From Mytilus edulis (Eukaryota): 64,000 bases of DNA. Position 1 is the stretch's first letter. Every line of letters begins with the position of its first letter. A program made the translations under genes and the position numbers. The notes under the pieces were generated by a model that was not told the origin of the DNA, did no database searches, and saw only the letters and a program-made list of their open reading frames with translations. The stretch covers positions 117,986,001 through 118,050,000 of the forward strand of contig NC_092344.1 of assembly GCF_963676685.1 (NCBI RefSeq), given 5' to 3'. Shown here in pieces: positions 28,155 to 40,600 of this stretch.

Positions 28155-28476
28155 TAGTTATCAAAGGTACCAGGATTATAATTTAGTACGCCAGACGCGC
28201 GTTTCGTCTACATAAGACTCATCAGTGACGCTCATATCAAAATATTTATAAAGCCAAACAAGTAAAAGTTGAAGAGCATTGAGGATCCAAAATTCCAAAA
28301 AGTTGTGCCAAATACAGCTATGGTAATCTGTGCCTTGGATAAGAAAACCTTTGGTTTTTCGTTAAGTTCAAAGTTTTGTAAACTGGAAATTTATAAAAAT
28401 GACCACATTATTGATATTCATGTCAACACCGAAGTGTTGACTACTGGGCTGGTGATACCCTCGGGGACGAAACGTC
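28155..28476 (-). mobile_element. Retrozyme-like non-autonomous retroelement (~320 bp)
   Basis: Non-coding insert interrupting host GGTCAAGTC|TATATCTCAG; carries a hammerhead motif. Confidence 0.75.
28186..28233 (-). ncRNA. Type I hammerhead ribozyme (minimal, palindromic helix III)
   Basis: Minus strand GAGCGUCA CUGAUGA GUCU-UAUGU-AGAC GAAA CGCGCG UC^UGGCGUAC: intact core, 4-bp helix II, helix I GCGUCA/UGGCGU. Predicted cleavage between 28194 and 28193. Confidence 0.88.
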
Positions 28477-28839
28477 TATATCTCAGATACTATAAGCAAT
28501 AGGTCTAGTATACTAGTATTCGGTGTATGGAAGGATTGTAAGATTTAGTTTAAACATATTTTATTTGCTGAATTAAAGCAAAATGGATTAGACACAAGTA
28601 AATCATACTTATGAAGTCTTCTCCATAATACAATATAAAGTTACAATAATAGTATAATATAATGGACATGCATATAAAACAAACAGTTTATACAATATAA
28701 TACTAGCTTTCATAGGTGAACAAAGAGGAGACAAAGTAAAAAAGGAAAAAGAAAGTTTGAAAAATCGTATACTTCTGTGACGATGACTTGTGGATTGATG
28801 GCAACGATGACGTCCCGTGTCAGCAATAATAACGCTCTA

Positions 28840-31800
28840 TCAAGGCATAAGAAATCTGTTTGACCTTTTTATGTAATTCTGAACATGTTTGAAAATTTGA
28901 ATATTTTGTTCGTTCGAAAGTTCCAAGTGTCCGCAAATTAATAGTTTTGTATCTAAAACAAAGTTTTCAGATAGCCAGTTAAGGTTATCGAATAAGTTTT
29001 TCCTACATAATGTGTATTTTGGGCAAACGAAAAAGTAATGGTAGACATCCTCAATATCGGACCCACAATGACAAGAGGGATCATTTATAATGTTAGCTCT
29101 AAATAGGTCATTGTTTAAAGATGAAGCGGAACATCGCAATTGCGTTAAGGTAATATTTAATTTCCTTGGGCCGTACAAATAAAACGTTTCAATTTTACAT
29201 ACTAGACTATCGTTTTTTAATTCTTTCTTAAATTTAGAAATAGAGTCGACACTGCGAATTTTTGGATCAAGTTTATTCCATTCACGTATAGTAGAGGGAA
29301 TAAACGATTCAGTAGTAAGGGAAAGTCTACAAAATGGAACAATAATATCTTGACCATTTCGCAACGGGTAGTTGGTTGTACTTTGAACACAAGGAGGTAC
29401 AAGATTACATAGATATTCTGGTGCATGCTTTTGGTTCATGTTATAAAACATCTGTAATTTTCTTCTTCTTCTTCTTTCAAAAAGAGATTCCCAGCCAACC
29501 TCAGAATATAAAGTTTCAGTTTTTGTAAATATTGGTAGACCTGTTACTATTCTTGCGGCCTCCAATTGTAAATTTTCTAATTTATTTGAGTAGCCTATTC
29601 CACAATTATCCCACACTTCCGTGGCATATTCGAAAATGGGTCTAATAAAAACTAAGTATAGTTTTTCTAAATTATTTCGAGATAATCGATATTTAAGTTT
29701 ACGTAAAACATTTAAGTGTTTCTTTACACTTGTAATTATACTTTCAATATGATTGTTCCATTTTGCGTCACTACTGAAATTAACTCCCAGGTGCTTATGA
29801 GATGTACTTAAAGGTATATTTTTACCATTTAAGGAAAAGCTGAGGTCTGGAGTCTCAATATTTGAAAAAATCATAATTTCGGTTTTATCTGGGTTGAATG
29901 ACATAAGCCATTTAGAAGACCAAACATCCAGCTCTTTCAAGTCGCGATCAATAACAGATCTAATCTGTTCTCCATCGTTACCAGAATAGTTGAATGATGT
30001 GTCGTCAGCAAATAGCCGACACAGTGAAGTAAGCTTATCAGCAATATCATTAATATATAAGACAAAAAGAAGAGGGCCCAGAACTGATCCCTGGGGGACA
30101 CCAGCTGAGACATTACAGAAGGAAGAAGACGAGTTATTTAATACTACTCTCTGTTTTCTGTCGTGTAGATAATCCTGAAACCAATTCAATACGTTTCCGT
30201 CAACACCATAAGCTTTCATTTTATATATAAGACCCCTATGCCAAACTTTGTCAAAAGCTTTAGAGAAGTCACAGAATACAAAACAATTTATATCTTTTTT
30301 TTCCAAAGAGTTTAATATGCAATTATATATTTCTAAGAGTTGATGAACAGTTGAATTTTTAGGGAGGAATCCTGATTGATACTCATAAATTAATTTATTA
30401 GCTTTTAAATGATTGTATAAGTGCTTAAACACTACTCTTTCCATAACTTTTCCTACACAACTAATTAAGGATATCGGTCTATAATTTGATGGCAAAGATG
30501 AATCTCCCTTTTTGAAAATGGGTATCAGATTTGCTATCTTCCAGCTAGTTGGGTATATTCCCTCTCTTAAGGATTTATTAAATATAATATGGAGTGGAAC
30601 TGCTACCTTTTCTGGACACAGCTTTAGCATCTTATGACTGATCACATCAGGACCAGATGCTTTGTTTGGATCTAATATCTGAATAATATCTATTATTTCT
30701 TTTATGAGGGCCCTCATGGGGTTTTTGATTATGTGATTACTTGGCCGTTTTTTTAATGATTATTTGATTATTAAGCCAAATATTTCATGATTATTTGATT
30801 ACCTAGGACTGTATTTTTAGTTTATGATTATTTGATTACTAAAGATAAGCAAATATTTAATGATTATGTGATTATATTGGCAAAAAAATGGTGATTATGT
30901 GATTACTAGGACCCCCCCCCCCCCCCCCCCCCCCATGAGGGGCCTCTTTTATATTTACTTGAATATCTGAAAACTTACTATTAGTTTTTGTATCAAATTC
31001 GGGCAAATCAACATGATCCTCATCTAATTTTGAAATCATACTAAAATATTTGTTCAACAAATTACATTTCTCCTCATCTTCATATACAGTATCATTCAGT
31101 TCATTATCATTTATAATATTTTGGAGAGGGGGTATGGTTTCTGAACCTTTTTTGGATTTAATAAACGTTTTCATTAATTTCCAATACGTTTTTGAGTTTG
31201 AGGGTTGTTTTGATATTAGACAGTCCAAATTTGTTTCAAAATTTTCTTTGGCGATTTTTTTCATATTATTTACCTTATTTCGTTGTTTTTTGTACTTCAT
31301 AATATTATTTTCACAATTATATTTAATCGCTTTTTTTCTTAATCTGTCTCGGATTCGAATTTCACGTCTTATGTCATTATTGAACCAGTGTTTGTCATTA
31401 TGTCGTACTGTTACTATTTTAGTAGGAATGCATTTTTTAGCTATTTTCAAAAATTCTATTGTAAAACATTCACACATCTCATTAGTGGTTTTACTTTCGG
31501 GAAGCATAGTATTTCAGTCTATTTCGTCTAATTTCTCAGCAAATTTGGCTTTATCAGCCCGATCGTATAGCCATACTTCTCTTTTAAAAGATTTAAAATT
31601 GGACATTGGACATTCGAGAAATGCAACAGGTGCATCATGATCACTAATTGCAGATGGAGTTTTTAGAACATTTGAAAAGGAACATGACATAGAGTCACTA
31701 ATAATAATCGGATCTAGCAGAGTACTACTATGGTCCGTTACTCTAGTAGGTAATTCAATAACATTGGTTAAATTGAACAAATTTAATGTGTCAATCAGTT

Positions 31801-32564
31801 TGTTATTATGCGTAGTAAGTAAGTCAGAGTTCAAATCGCCCGTTATTACCATCCTCTCATTGACCTGCAAACCCATCCCAATTGCATGATTTAATCGTTA
31901 CTGTCCAGTAGTTATTATCTGAATTAGGCGATCGGTAAGTGTGACACAATAGGAAGCTTTGACCTTTAGCATGGATATTGACAAAAAGGGATTCGTCTTC
32001 TTTCGTTTCGAGTGCATTTATTCGACTAAGTCCGATACCATCTTTGACATAAATGAGTAAACCACCACCAAAGCTATTTCTATCTTTTCGGACTATATTT
32101 GAAGAGAAGGAATCAAGTTTTATATCGGCGTCAGCAATGTTGGGATCTAAGTGTGTTTCCGATAGCGTAATAATATCAAATTCATCACAAAAATTATTTA
32201 GAAATTTTAGTTTATTTCTCACGGATCTTATGTTGAGACTACAAATGGATATAAAATTTTCTTGTGGTTGTGTTTCATTCATCGACGGTGCGTTCGATTC
32301 ATTACGAAAACTTGGACCAGGATTTGTTTCAACATTTCCAATAATAAGGAGAAAATGAAGTACGTACAACAGAAAAATAATGTTTGATCTTGGATTAATT
32401 GTTTGTAAAACAGAGAGATTGAAGATGAGGAGACTGCAACGTAAGTTGATTATAAATATGTCTAGATAGGAAGCTATGTGTAAATTGGATGAAGGTCTAC
32501 ATCGTTTTTTTCTGTTATTAAATATACCTATAGCAGCCCTGTATTCCTGGACGCAGTTATCCAT
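28840..32564 (-). pseudogene. Disrupted LINE ORF (APE-RT)
   Basis: ORF pieces 31857-32564, 31514-31876, 30872-31507 and 28840-30717 are consecutive parts of one protein. Confidence 0.9.
30706..30946. mobile_element. MITE with GAGG.. 16-bp TIR and 6-bp TSD inserted in the LINE ORF
   Basis: GAGGGCCCTCATGGGG / CCCCATGAGGGGCCTC; TTTTAT on both sides; internal GATTAT(G/T)TGATTA repeats. Removal restores ...DIQVNIKEIIDII... Confidence 0.9.
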
Positions 32565-32915
32565 TACATGAATAAACTGTTACAGGAATTAGGAGAGGAC
32601 TGCTGTAGGAGAACATTACAAAACTGACACACCTATCATCATCATCATCATCATCATCATCACCACCTTCATCATCACAGAAAAATACAAAAAAGTAAGA
32701 GCAAGAAAAGTTGAAAAATGTTAAAGGCCAATAAATAAGCCTCGCAAATATGGAAGTCATAAAAAAAAAGGAGAATGAAAATGGGATATTGTAATACTGA
32801 AGAAGTTATATGTATTGTATTTAGAAAAAAAAAAAAAAAAAAAGCAATTTGTAAATAAATAAAGAAAGGAAAAAGTACATGGGACTGTATTTGATAGGAT
32901 TGTAAGATGTACATG

Positions 32916-34139
32916 GGCATTTAAGAAGTCAGAATGTGAATATATATGTTCAAACTCTTTTAGGTCATTTTTTAGTAGCAATCAACAAAAAAACTATGTC
33001 AATTGGACATGCTTTGAAACCATATCAGCCCTTGAATTTTTACTAGATAACATTTTTGTTCGCTTTGGAGATTCCGTATATCGTCAGGTTATCGGAATTC
33101 CAATGGGGACTAACTGTGCACCACTTATTGCGGACCTGTTTTTGTATTGCTATGAGTTACAATTTATGACAAAAATCAGCAAAGACCCATCGAAACAACA
33201 TCTGATAAACAATTTAATAATACTTATAGATATTTGGATGATATTTGGCTCTCAATAATGACGACTTCAGTATGTATACTAAAGAAATTTATCCTGTTGA
33301 ACTTACTTTAAATAAAGCTAATAATTTTTTATGGAAATATTTTTTATAAAGCACAAAAATGTCAGTATTCACCTCAGAAACTAACAAAACCTTTAAATAG
33401 ACTTATTAAGAAGGGATATAGTTACGATAATGTTGTCAGGTCATTAAAGATTGCATATTTTGGAGTTAATATTGATTCACTTATAGGGTCTTTGCACAGG
33501 AACTAAACACATTTATTCAAAAACCAGTTGTTGGCATGACACGGGTTATGTTTTTCTCATATATGTTATGATGGTATGATACTAAACCCCTAACGGGAAG
33601 GATTGTGCCTGATGTTCATATGATGAAATCATAATCATTCAGTCAGTTTAATTGAAGTCTGGAGCTGGCATGTCAGTTAACTGCTAGTAGTCTGTTGTTA
33701 TTTATGTATTATTGTCATTTTGTTTATTTTCTTTGGTTACATCTTCTGACATCAGACTCGGACTTCTCTTGGACTGAATTTTGATGTGCGTATTGTTATG
33801 CGTTTACTTTTCTACATTGGCTAGAGGTATAGGGGGATGGTTAAGATCTCATAAACATGTTTAACCCCGCCGCATTTTTGCGCCTGTCCCAAGTCAGGAG
33901 CCTCTGGCCTTTGTTAGTCTTGTTTTATTTTTAATTTTAGTTTCTTGTGTACAATTTGGAGTTTAGTAAAGCGTTCATTATCACTGAACTAGTATACATT
34001 TGTTTAGGGGCCAGCTGAAGGACGCCTCCGGGGAATTTCTCGCTACATTGAAGACCTGTTGGTGACCTTCTGCTGTTGTCTTTTCTATTGTCGGGTTGTT
34101 GTCTCTTTGACACATTCCCCATTTCCTTTCTCAATTTTA
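32916..34139 (+). mobile_element. Penelope-like retroelement fragment (RT core, internally deleted)
   Basis: EFLLDNIFVRFGDSVYRQVIGIPMGTNCAPLIADLFLYCYE...YRYLDDI; same ORF end (SLHRN*) and 3' region as 19438-20605. Confidence 0.88.
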
Positions 34140-35230
34140 TGTCCAACTGGCAGGTGTCATCTGACCTTGACCTCATTATGGTTCAGTAGTTAAAGTTAAG
34201 TTTTTGTGGTTTAGTCTGTTTTTCTTATACTGTATGCAAAAGGTCTACCATATTTGGTGAATGGAATGATTGTAAGGTGTACATGTCTATCTGGCAGGTG
34301 TCACCTAACCTCGACCTCATTTTCATGGTTCAGTAGTCAAAGTTAAGATTTTGAGTTTTGGTCTTTTTTTCTAATACTATATGCAATAGGTCAACCTATT
34401 TGGTGTATAGAAATATTTTATGATCTATATGTCAGTCACGCAAGTTTTTTTTACCATGACCTCAATTTCACGGTTCATTGCTCAGTGTTAAGTTTTTGTG
34501 TTTTGGTCTGTTTTTCTTAAACTATAAGCAATAGATAGACTATATTTGTTGTATGGAAGAATTTGTATCTGTACATGCCTGTCTGGCATGGCTCATTTGA
34601 CCTTGACCTTATTTTCATGGTTCATTGGTCAATGTTTAGTTTTCTTAGTTAATGTTAAGTTTATGTGACAGTTGTAATAAAGCTTTATATTTAGGACTAT
34701 CAACATAATGTCAATGATTAGTAAAGTAGGCGAGACATTTTTAAGTGTGAACTCTTGTTCTCAGAGAAGTTTAAGTTTCTATTTTTGTGTCCATACTTCT
34801 AAAAGCATTCTGATTAAGGGCATATTTTAATAAAACTGGTACATTGTAACAGGCTCATTTAATCAAATGAATACAATTATTGCATTATTTCTCCCATTAA
34901 ACTAAGCAGTGCAAAACTTTCCTTACAGCTTTTTCTTTACATGTACATATGTAATAATTCTACAATGCTTTTTTTTTTTATCAATCTCAACTGATTTTGG
35001 TTCTCAATAGATTTTTTTCAATGTGAAATCGGTCACTTTTATTCATTTGATTAAAACACTGTCTCAACTGCATAACTGATTAGGATTGAATTTCATATTC
35101 AGATCAGTTTTAGTACACCTTAACGTTATCGCAGATCCATGAAAATAAGGTGAAGGTCAGATCCAAATAACTTGTACCGGTATGTCATTTGATCTCTATT
35201 GGAGAGTGATCGAATTGGCAATATTATATA

Positions 35231-36512
35231 CAGTCCGCCAAAAGTTAAGCACCACCGAAATATAACTGGCAATATTTTTTTAACTATTGCGAAAAAAATA
35301 TTAATGTTTGGTGTTATGAATTACCTTTAACATACACTAAGAAAATCAATTACGACCAAAAAGATTGAACTCCGATAAAGCAGTCAAGCAACCTCTTATC
35401 AAATGTCATCTGCGCGTTTACAAATACACAGTTTCTCCAGGTGGTCGTGTAAGTGTTCGTACATTGGTCAGTCGACTTCTCAGAGGCAACTGAAGAGCAA
35501 GTCTTGGTGTATAGAGACCTGTACTTACAGGAAGGCACTCCACCGTCAGGTTTTAATGGGATAATGACTATCTATGCTTGAACATAAGAAGCTGACAAAA
35601 CACTCATTGTTCAGATGGTAGTCAGTTTCTTTTACTGCCAGTAGACGCCAAAATACGAATTTCGCGGGGAAACAAAACGGCCTATGACCAAAAACAATGT
35701 GTGCACAAGGACTGCATTCAGTGCTGGTGGTGTTCCAGTACGGGGTTGCTTCTTATACCGTTATAAGCTGGGTATGCATGTTCTGCAGGGTAGCATAAAC
35801 GGACAGACAAACAGATTTGTAGCCTTAAAACATTTAAGTCCCTCATTTTAATAATCCCCCACTTGCGTCTACATTGCCAAGACTCTTGTACATGGACGAC
35901 AACGCTAGAACACACAGAGCAAGGATTTTAACCGAGTCCAAAGAGCAAAAAGCCATTTTCACTATTTTTTAGCCTTCCATGTCCCCATACATAAACCCTA
36001 TCAAACATGTCTGAGATACCATTGGCGGAAATCTCAATCACAGAGATCCACCTTCACAATATTTTGTCGATTTAAAAGTGGTATTTGTTGTTTAATGCAA
36101 CAGATTTCCTAAACTAAAGCTTGAAACGTCGTGTTTTGAAACTCTACCGGAAGTGAGGTTGTTATGCATGCTGTTGACTCAAATGTTGTCATTCAAATTG
36201 CCAAACATACCAAAGCTTATGTGTAGAAAGTTTTAATAATATTGGGTGATCATTTTTTGTAGAAAAATAAAATCAAAGTGAAACTTAAATTCTGTTTCTG
36301 AATTCAGTAATTTACACTATTTCTATGAATGGAAAACCTACATGCATAGAACCTTCATAAGTGACTAAAATTACATTTCTGGTTTGTTTATGGTATACAT
36401 TAGCAAAATTTCTATATGATTGTTTTATTTTTTTCGTGGAATAATTGATTTTTTAAATTTGAAAAAAAATCTGTGCAATAAAAACAGGTGGTGCTTAACT
36501 TTTGGCGGACTG
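35231..36512 (+). mobile_element. Degenerate Tc1/mariner transposon
   Basis: Perfect TIR CAGTCCGCCAAAAGTTAAGCACCACC with TA TSD; transposase relics SDGSQF (~35612), MDDNARTHRAR (~35892), SPYINPIKHV* (~35982). Confidence 0.9.
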
Positions 36513-36849
36513 TATATTTATAATGTTGACTTATTGCTTATTGAAATAGTATAAACGAAGTAGACCTTCATAGAGCTTTATTATCCCTTGACCATGAAAA
36601 CAAACATCCATACCTTCCTTTTGTGGATTTGAACCTTCTGGTAAAAGTTGATAGAGCTCTCTTACTAAAAGTATGTGCTGGACAGATACAACCCCATACA
36701 CATTTCACTGTCAATCTGATGAACAAATATGAAAGTCCTTCTGTTAAGTTGTTTCTGGGTAAAGTGTTATACAACTGTATATATATATCTGTTTGGCAAA
36801 ACAGATATTTGTACAAGCTGATTGTAAATATTGTCTCCATTTTTAAAGA

Positions 36850-37140
36850 TGGATTGAACCCTGTTTGCTCCCAACCAAAGACTTTGAATTTGGTATTTGC
36901 TGCTTCTTTGCTAAGCACACAGCATTAAGGATTTAAAGCAAAGACTGATAGGCTCCAGGCCAGAATAATGTGTTTGTGTAGCTATATAGGATGGTATGTC
37001 TTCCTGCGTACTGTTACCTTGTGAACTAGCACGTTAAAAATCTAGCTCAGGGTGTCTAATCTAGTATAAAGCAGGGTTAGTATTCATATTATGTTAATCT
37101 GTTCTAATCCTTGTAAATATGCATTAAATTTGACAATGGA
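36850..37140 (+). mobile_element. Old SINE-like repeat
   Basis: B-box-like GGATTGAACCC followed by GGTATTTGCTGCTTC..GCTAAGCAC..AGCATTAAGG, recalled as a mollusc SINE core. Confidence 0.45.
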
Positions 37141-37697
37141 CACTGAGCAGCCATCCATCCATCACCATCTTCATCATCCTCATTAGCATGGACTAATTGC
37201 AGACACGAACTTACAACAGCCATTGAATTACAGGCTCTTGACTTGGGACATGAGCATATAGAATTTCAACTTAACCATGTTTTCCCACATTAAATTTTCA
37301 ATCAGTGCAAAGCTAAGGATTTTATATAAACACAAAAATTGAAAAAAAGAAAAGCATAACCTAGTGGGTAACCTGAATTTTTGATAACTACTCTTAGCTT
37401 AGATTAATAACAACTTATCATACAAATGACATTTATTAGTGTATGATTCACATACAATTGCTATAAGTACACAAAATAAAAAGATTTAAAATGTATAAAA
37501 AACATTTACACAAATGCTAAAAATAAATGACAATAGATCGATAGCACTTTCATTTCATTTTTGTTCATCAAATGATTTTCTTCATCACTAATCACTCATT
37601 CTGATGAAAGACAGCTATCCATATTCAATGCACATCTAATGCAACACACCCTTTCCTCTCATAACAATGCCCTCACATTCCTCTCATTCAAGTATCA

Positions 37698-40600
37698 TCA
37701 TCGTGAAGATCGGCGGTCTCTGTGGCGATGTCTGTGTTCTCTTTCTCTCCCATGTTCACGTTCACGGTCACGTTCCCTGCTTCGATCTCGTTCACGACTT
37801 CTACGTCTCATTGGTTCTGAAGTCCTTCTTAAGAAATCATCAACATCTCTTTCATACTGAAAGACAAACAAAGACACTATAATTTTCAGACTTATTAAAG
37901 GAATATGGTATTCTATAAAACTTTGTGAAATATATATGTTGCTAGTTCTGACTTTATTATTGTGTTACACCAAGGGTTCTTTAACAGTCACATTTGCCAT
38001 CCATAACCAAGGTTTAGAAATAAATAATTCATGATTAATATTAAAAACTTGGATATTATGAGGTCTGTTATTGAATCCTCCAGATACTGTTTTAATAAAA
38101 CAATCAATATAACAAACATGTAAGGAGAAATATATCTGTCCTTCATACTTTACAGTGTTTAGCATTATGGTGAATTAAAATTGTTTCTTTTATAATTAAA
38201 TGGCAATAATATAATATGGAAACTATTCAAAACAATGAACGTCCAGGAACCATGACTGATCATGAATAAATGCAGGGCCAAATAATCTGTATATAAATTC
38301 AGTGACATACCAGTTATAATCTTTTTATCAAATCTTTGAAGACCCTTTTTTCCTATTCTAGGCTGTTTTCATACCAAGCATTTTGTTTGTTTGTTTTTTT
38401 TGCCGTTTTTAGTATATTCAACATGATATGTGACATGTATGCATGTACTATTTGTTTCAAACCATCATGACAAAGAATTAAAACTTTGATCATAAGCTGA
38501 CACTCTTCTTCTTAATTGGCCAAATCTGCTATATATTGGACTTGAAGAAGGAAGGGCACAAGTTTTATTTCATCAAACCAATTCTTATTAAAACAGTTTT
38601 TGTTTCAGAATGAGAAACATGTTTGTTCCTTTTCTAATGTCAGCTATTAAATCAAAATGTATACCTTTTCACAAATAACACTCAATAATACTTATTGTCA
38701 CTATAACATTGGTACTTACAGATCTTTTATCTGACCGTGATGCTGACTGAGCATATTCTGGGACTGGCATGTATTCTCTTTGTCTTTCATGATATGGATT
38801 ATGATAAGGTGGCATAGGTTCCATACCAAACCCAGGTGGCTAAAATGTAAACATTATATACTTAAACTGGCTATCCTTTATCTCTTTCAATGCAGTAAAA
38901 TACCCTTCGATTGTATTTTTATGAACCATCTTAAGCAATTTGTGGTGTTTTCTCTCTATCTTATTTCAATGACAGGATATTAAATCGTGCCTCAAATTTA
39001 AAACTTGTATGGCATTTTTTTTGTTTTTTGTTTTTTAGAATCTACCTCAAGAGAAGTGTTTGAATTTATACTATTACATTGCAAGACAATACAGCTGTTC
39101 AAAAATAATTTTGTTGGTGTTAATTAGTCATAAACAAGAATTGCAACATGTTTTTTAAAGTGGCTATATATTAAACAGAGTAGAAATACTAACTGGTGGT
39201 CCATAAGGTGGCATCCCTGGGGGTACGGGTGGTCTGGCATGCTGGAATTCTCTAATGTAGTCATTGTAAGACTGAAACAATAAAATATTAACATCATTTC
39301 TAGTTCTGTAACGTAATGGTCTATCAATAAAAGAAATAACTAATGTTAAACTTAATCGTTACAAATCAAGGGCTTTATTATATACTAGTAATTTAGTTTG
39401 TTTTTTCCTATGCAGATAATTTTCTCAAAATTCAAAATGATCAACAAGAACTTACCCCATTTATAAATGTATCTCGTCTTACTCCTGCATATCTGGGTGA
39501 CCTACAATACAGTGTAATATTTTAACCACACTTATATAACAGCTAGAATAACTATACAGAGCCATATTTTCAGGGTTTATTTTTTTCTACTAGAAGATGT
39601 TACTTATTGTCTATCAAGACAAGTTTGTTCTTTGCCAATCATATTTTCTCAAAAATTCCCATTTTAATTTGACTGTTTACCCAAATCCTATGATACAGAT
39701 TGATGGACTGATTGATTGCTGTTATCTCAATGCCACTTTCAGGACTACTGGGTATGTTCTTTTTTATATAAAGTGACAGTCCGTTTTGATTGGTGGAGGA
39801 AGCTAAAGTATTGCAGAGAACCACTACCTTCAACAGGAAAACTGTCAATTTATATAAAGTGACGGTCAGTTTTGATTGGTGGAGGAAGCTAAAGTATTGC
39901 AGAGAACCGCTACCTTCAACAGGAAAACTGTCAATTATATAAAGTGACGGTCCGTTTTGATTGGTGGAGGAAGCTAAAGTATTGCAGAGAACCGCTACCT
40001 TCAACAGGAAAACTGTCAATTTATATAAAGTGACGGTCAGTTTTGATTGGTGGAGGAAGCTTAAGTATTGCAGAGAACCGCTACCTTTAACAGGAAAACT
40101 GTCAATTTATATAAAGTGACGGTCAGTTTTGATTGGTGGAGGAAGCTTAAGTATTGCAGAGAACCGCTACCTTTAACAGGAAAACTGTCAATTTATATAA
40201 AGTGACGGTCAGTTTTGATTGGTGGAGGAAGCTTAAGTATTGCAGAGAACCACCACCTTCAACAGGAAAACTGTCAATCAAAATCAATATCAAAGGAATC
40301 GATGAGGTTCTTACACACAATCTTAGTGTTGACTGGCTATCAATTATTTAGACCGGTCAGCAACAGAAACTCCCATATAATAAAGAAATAGGTCTAAATT
40401 GGTTATAGAATGTGTACTCAACTTTGAAGTACATAAAAAGGATGTTATGTTGATATCATCAGCCAAATAAAATATTAAAGCATTACAGTAAGTGTCTTTA
40501 GTTTATCAAAATATTTTCTGTCAAAATCAATTGAGAGTTCTAATTCTCATAGATTTTATGGGGTTGACAATCTTATCCTTTTTACAGCGTAAAACAAGTT

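Larger units (their letters stand above)
28545..32895 (-). mobile_element. CR1/L2-group LINE (APE endonuclease + RT + C-terminal CCHC), inactivated
   Basis: APE motifs SLNIRS, LSETHL, RKDR..GGG, GDLN, SDH; RT motifs YRPISL, DFSKAFDKV, GVPQGSVLGP, FADD; CHCG...EDVYHYFFVC. 13-bp TSD AGGATTGTAAGAT at 28532-28544 and 32896-32908. Lesions: frameshift ~31890, TGA at 31514, MITE insertion. Confidence 0.93.
27765..34759. mobile_element. HINE family B host element, split by three nested retro-insertions
   Basis: Starts with hairpin TGTCGAGC...GCTCGACA. Internal GACCTTGACCTCATTTTCATGGTTCA units continue at 28477-28544, 32909-32915 and 34139-34640. Ends ...GGCGAGACATT...ACTCTTGTT. Confidence 0.75.

Noticed and set aside
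28445-28476. Second (plus-strand) hammerhead CTGGTGA...GAAACGTC, which would make the element ambisense
   Set aside because: Core has A6->G, helix II closing pair is wrong, and the element is truncated here so helix I cannot be checked.
32557-32981. LINE ORF1
   Set aside because: Short low-complexity ORFs arising from (CAT)n and poly-A tracts, with no ORF1 motifs.
39639-40351. Repetitive ORFs of 126 and 65 aa
   Set aside because: By-products of the 86-bp minisatellite.
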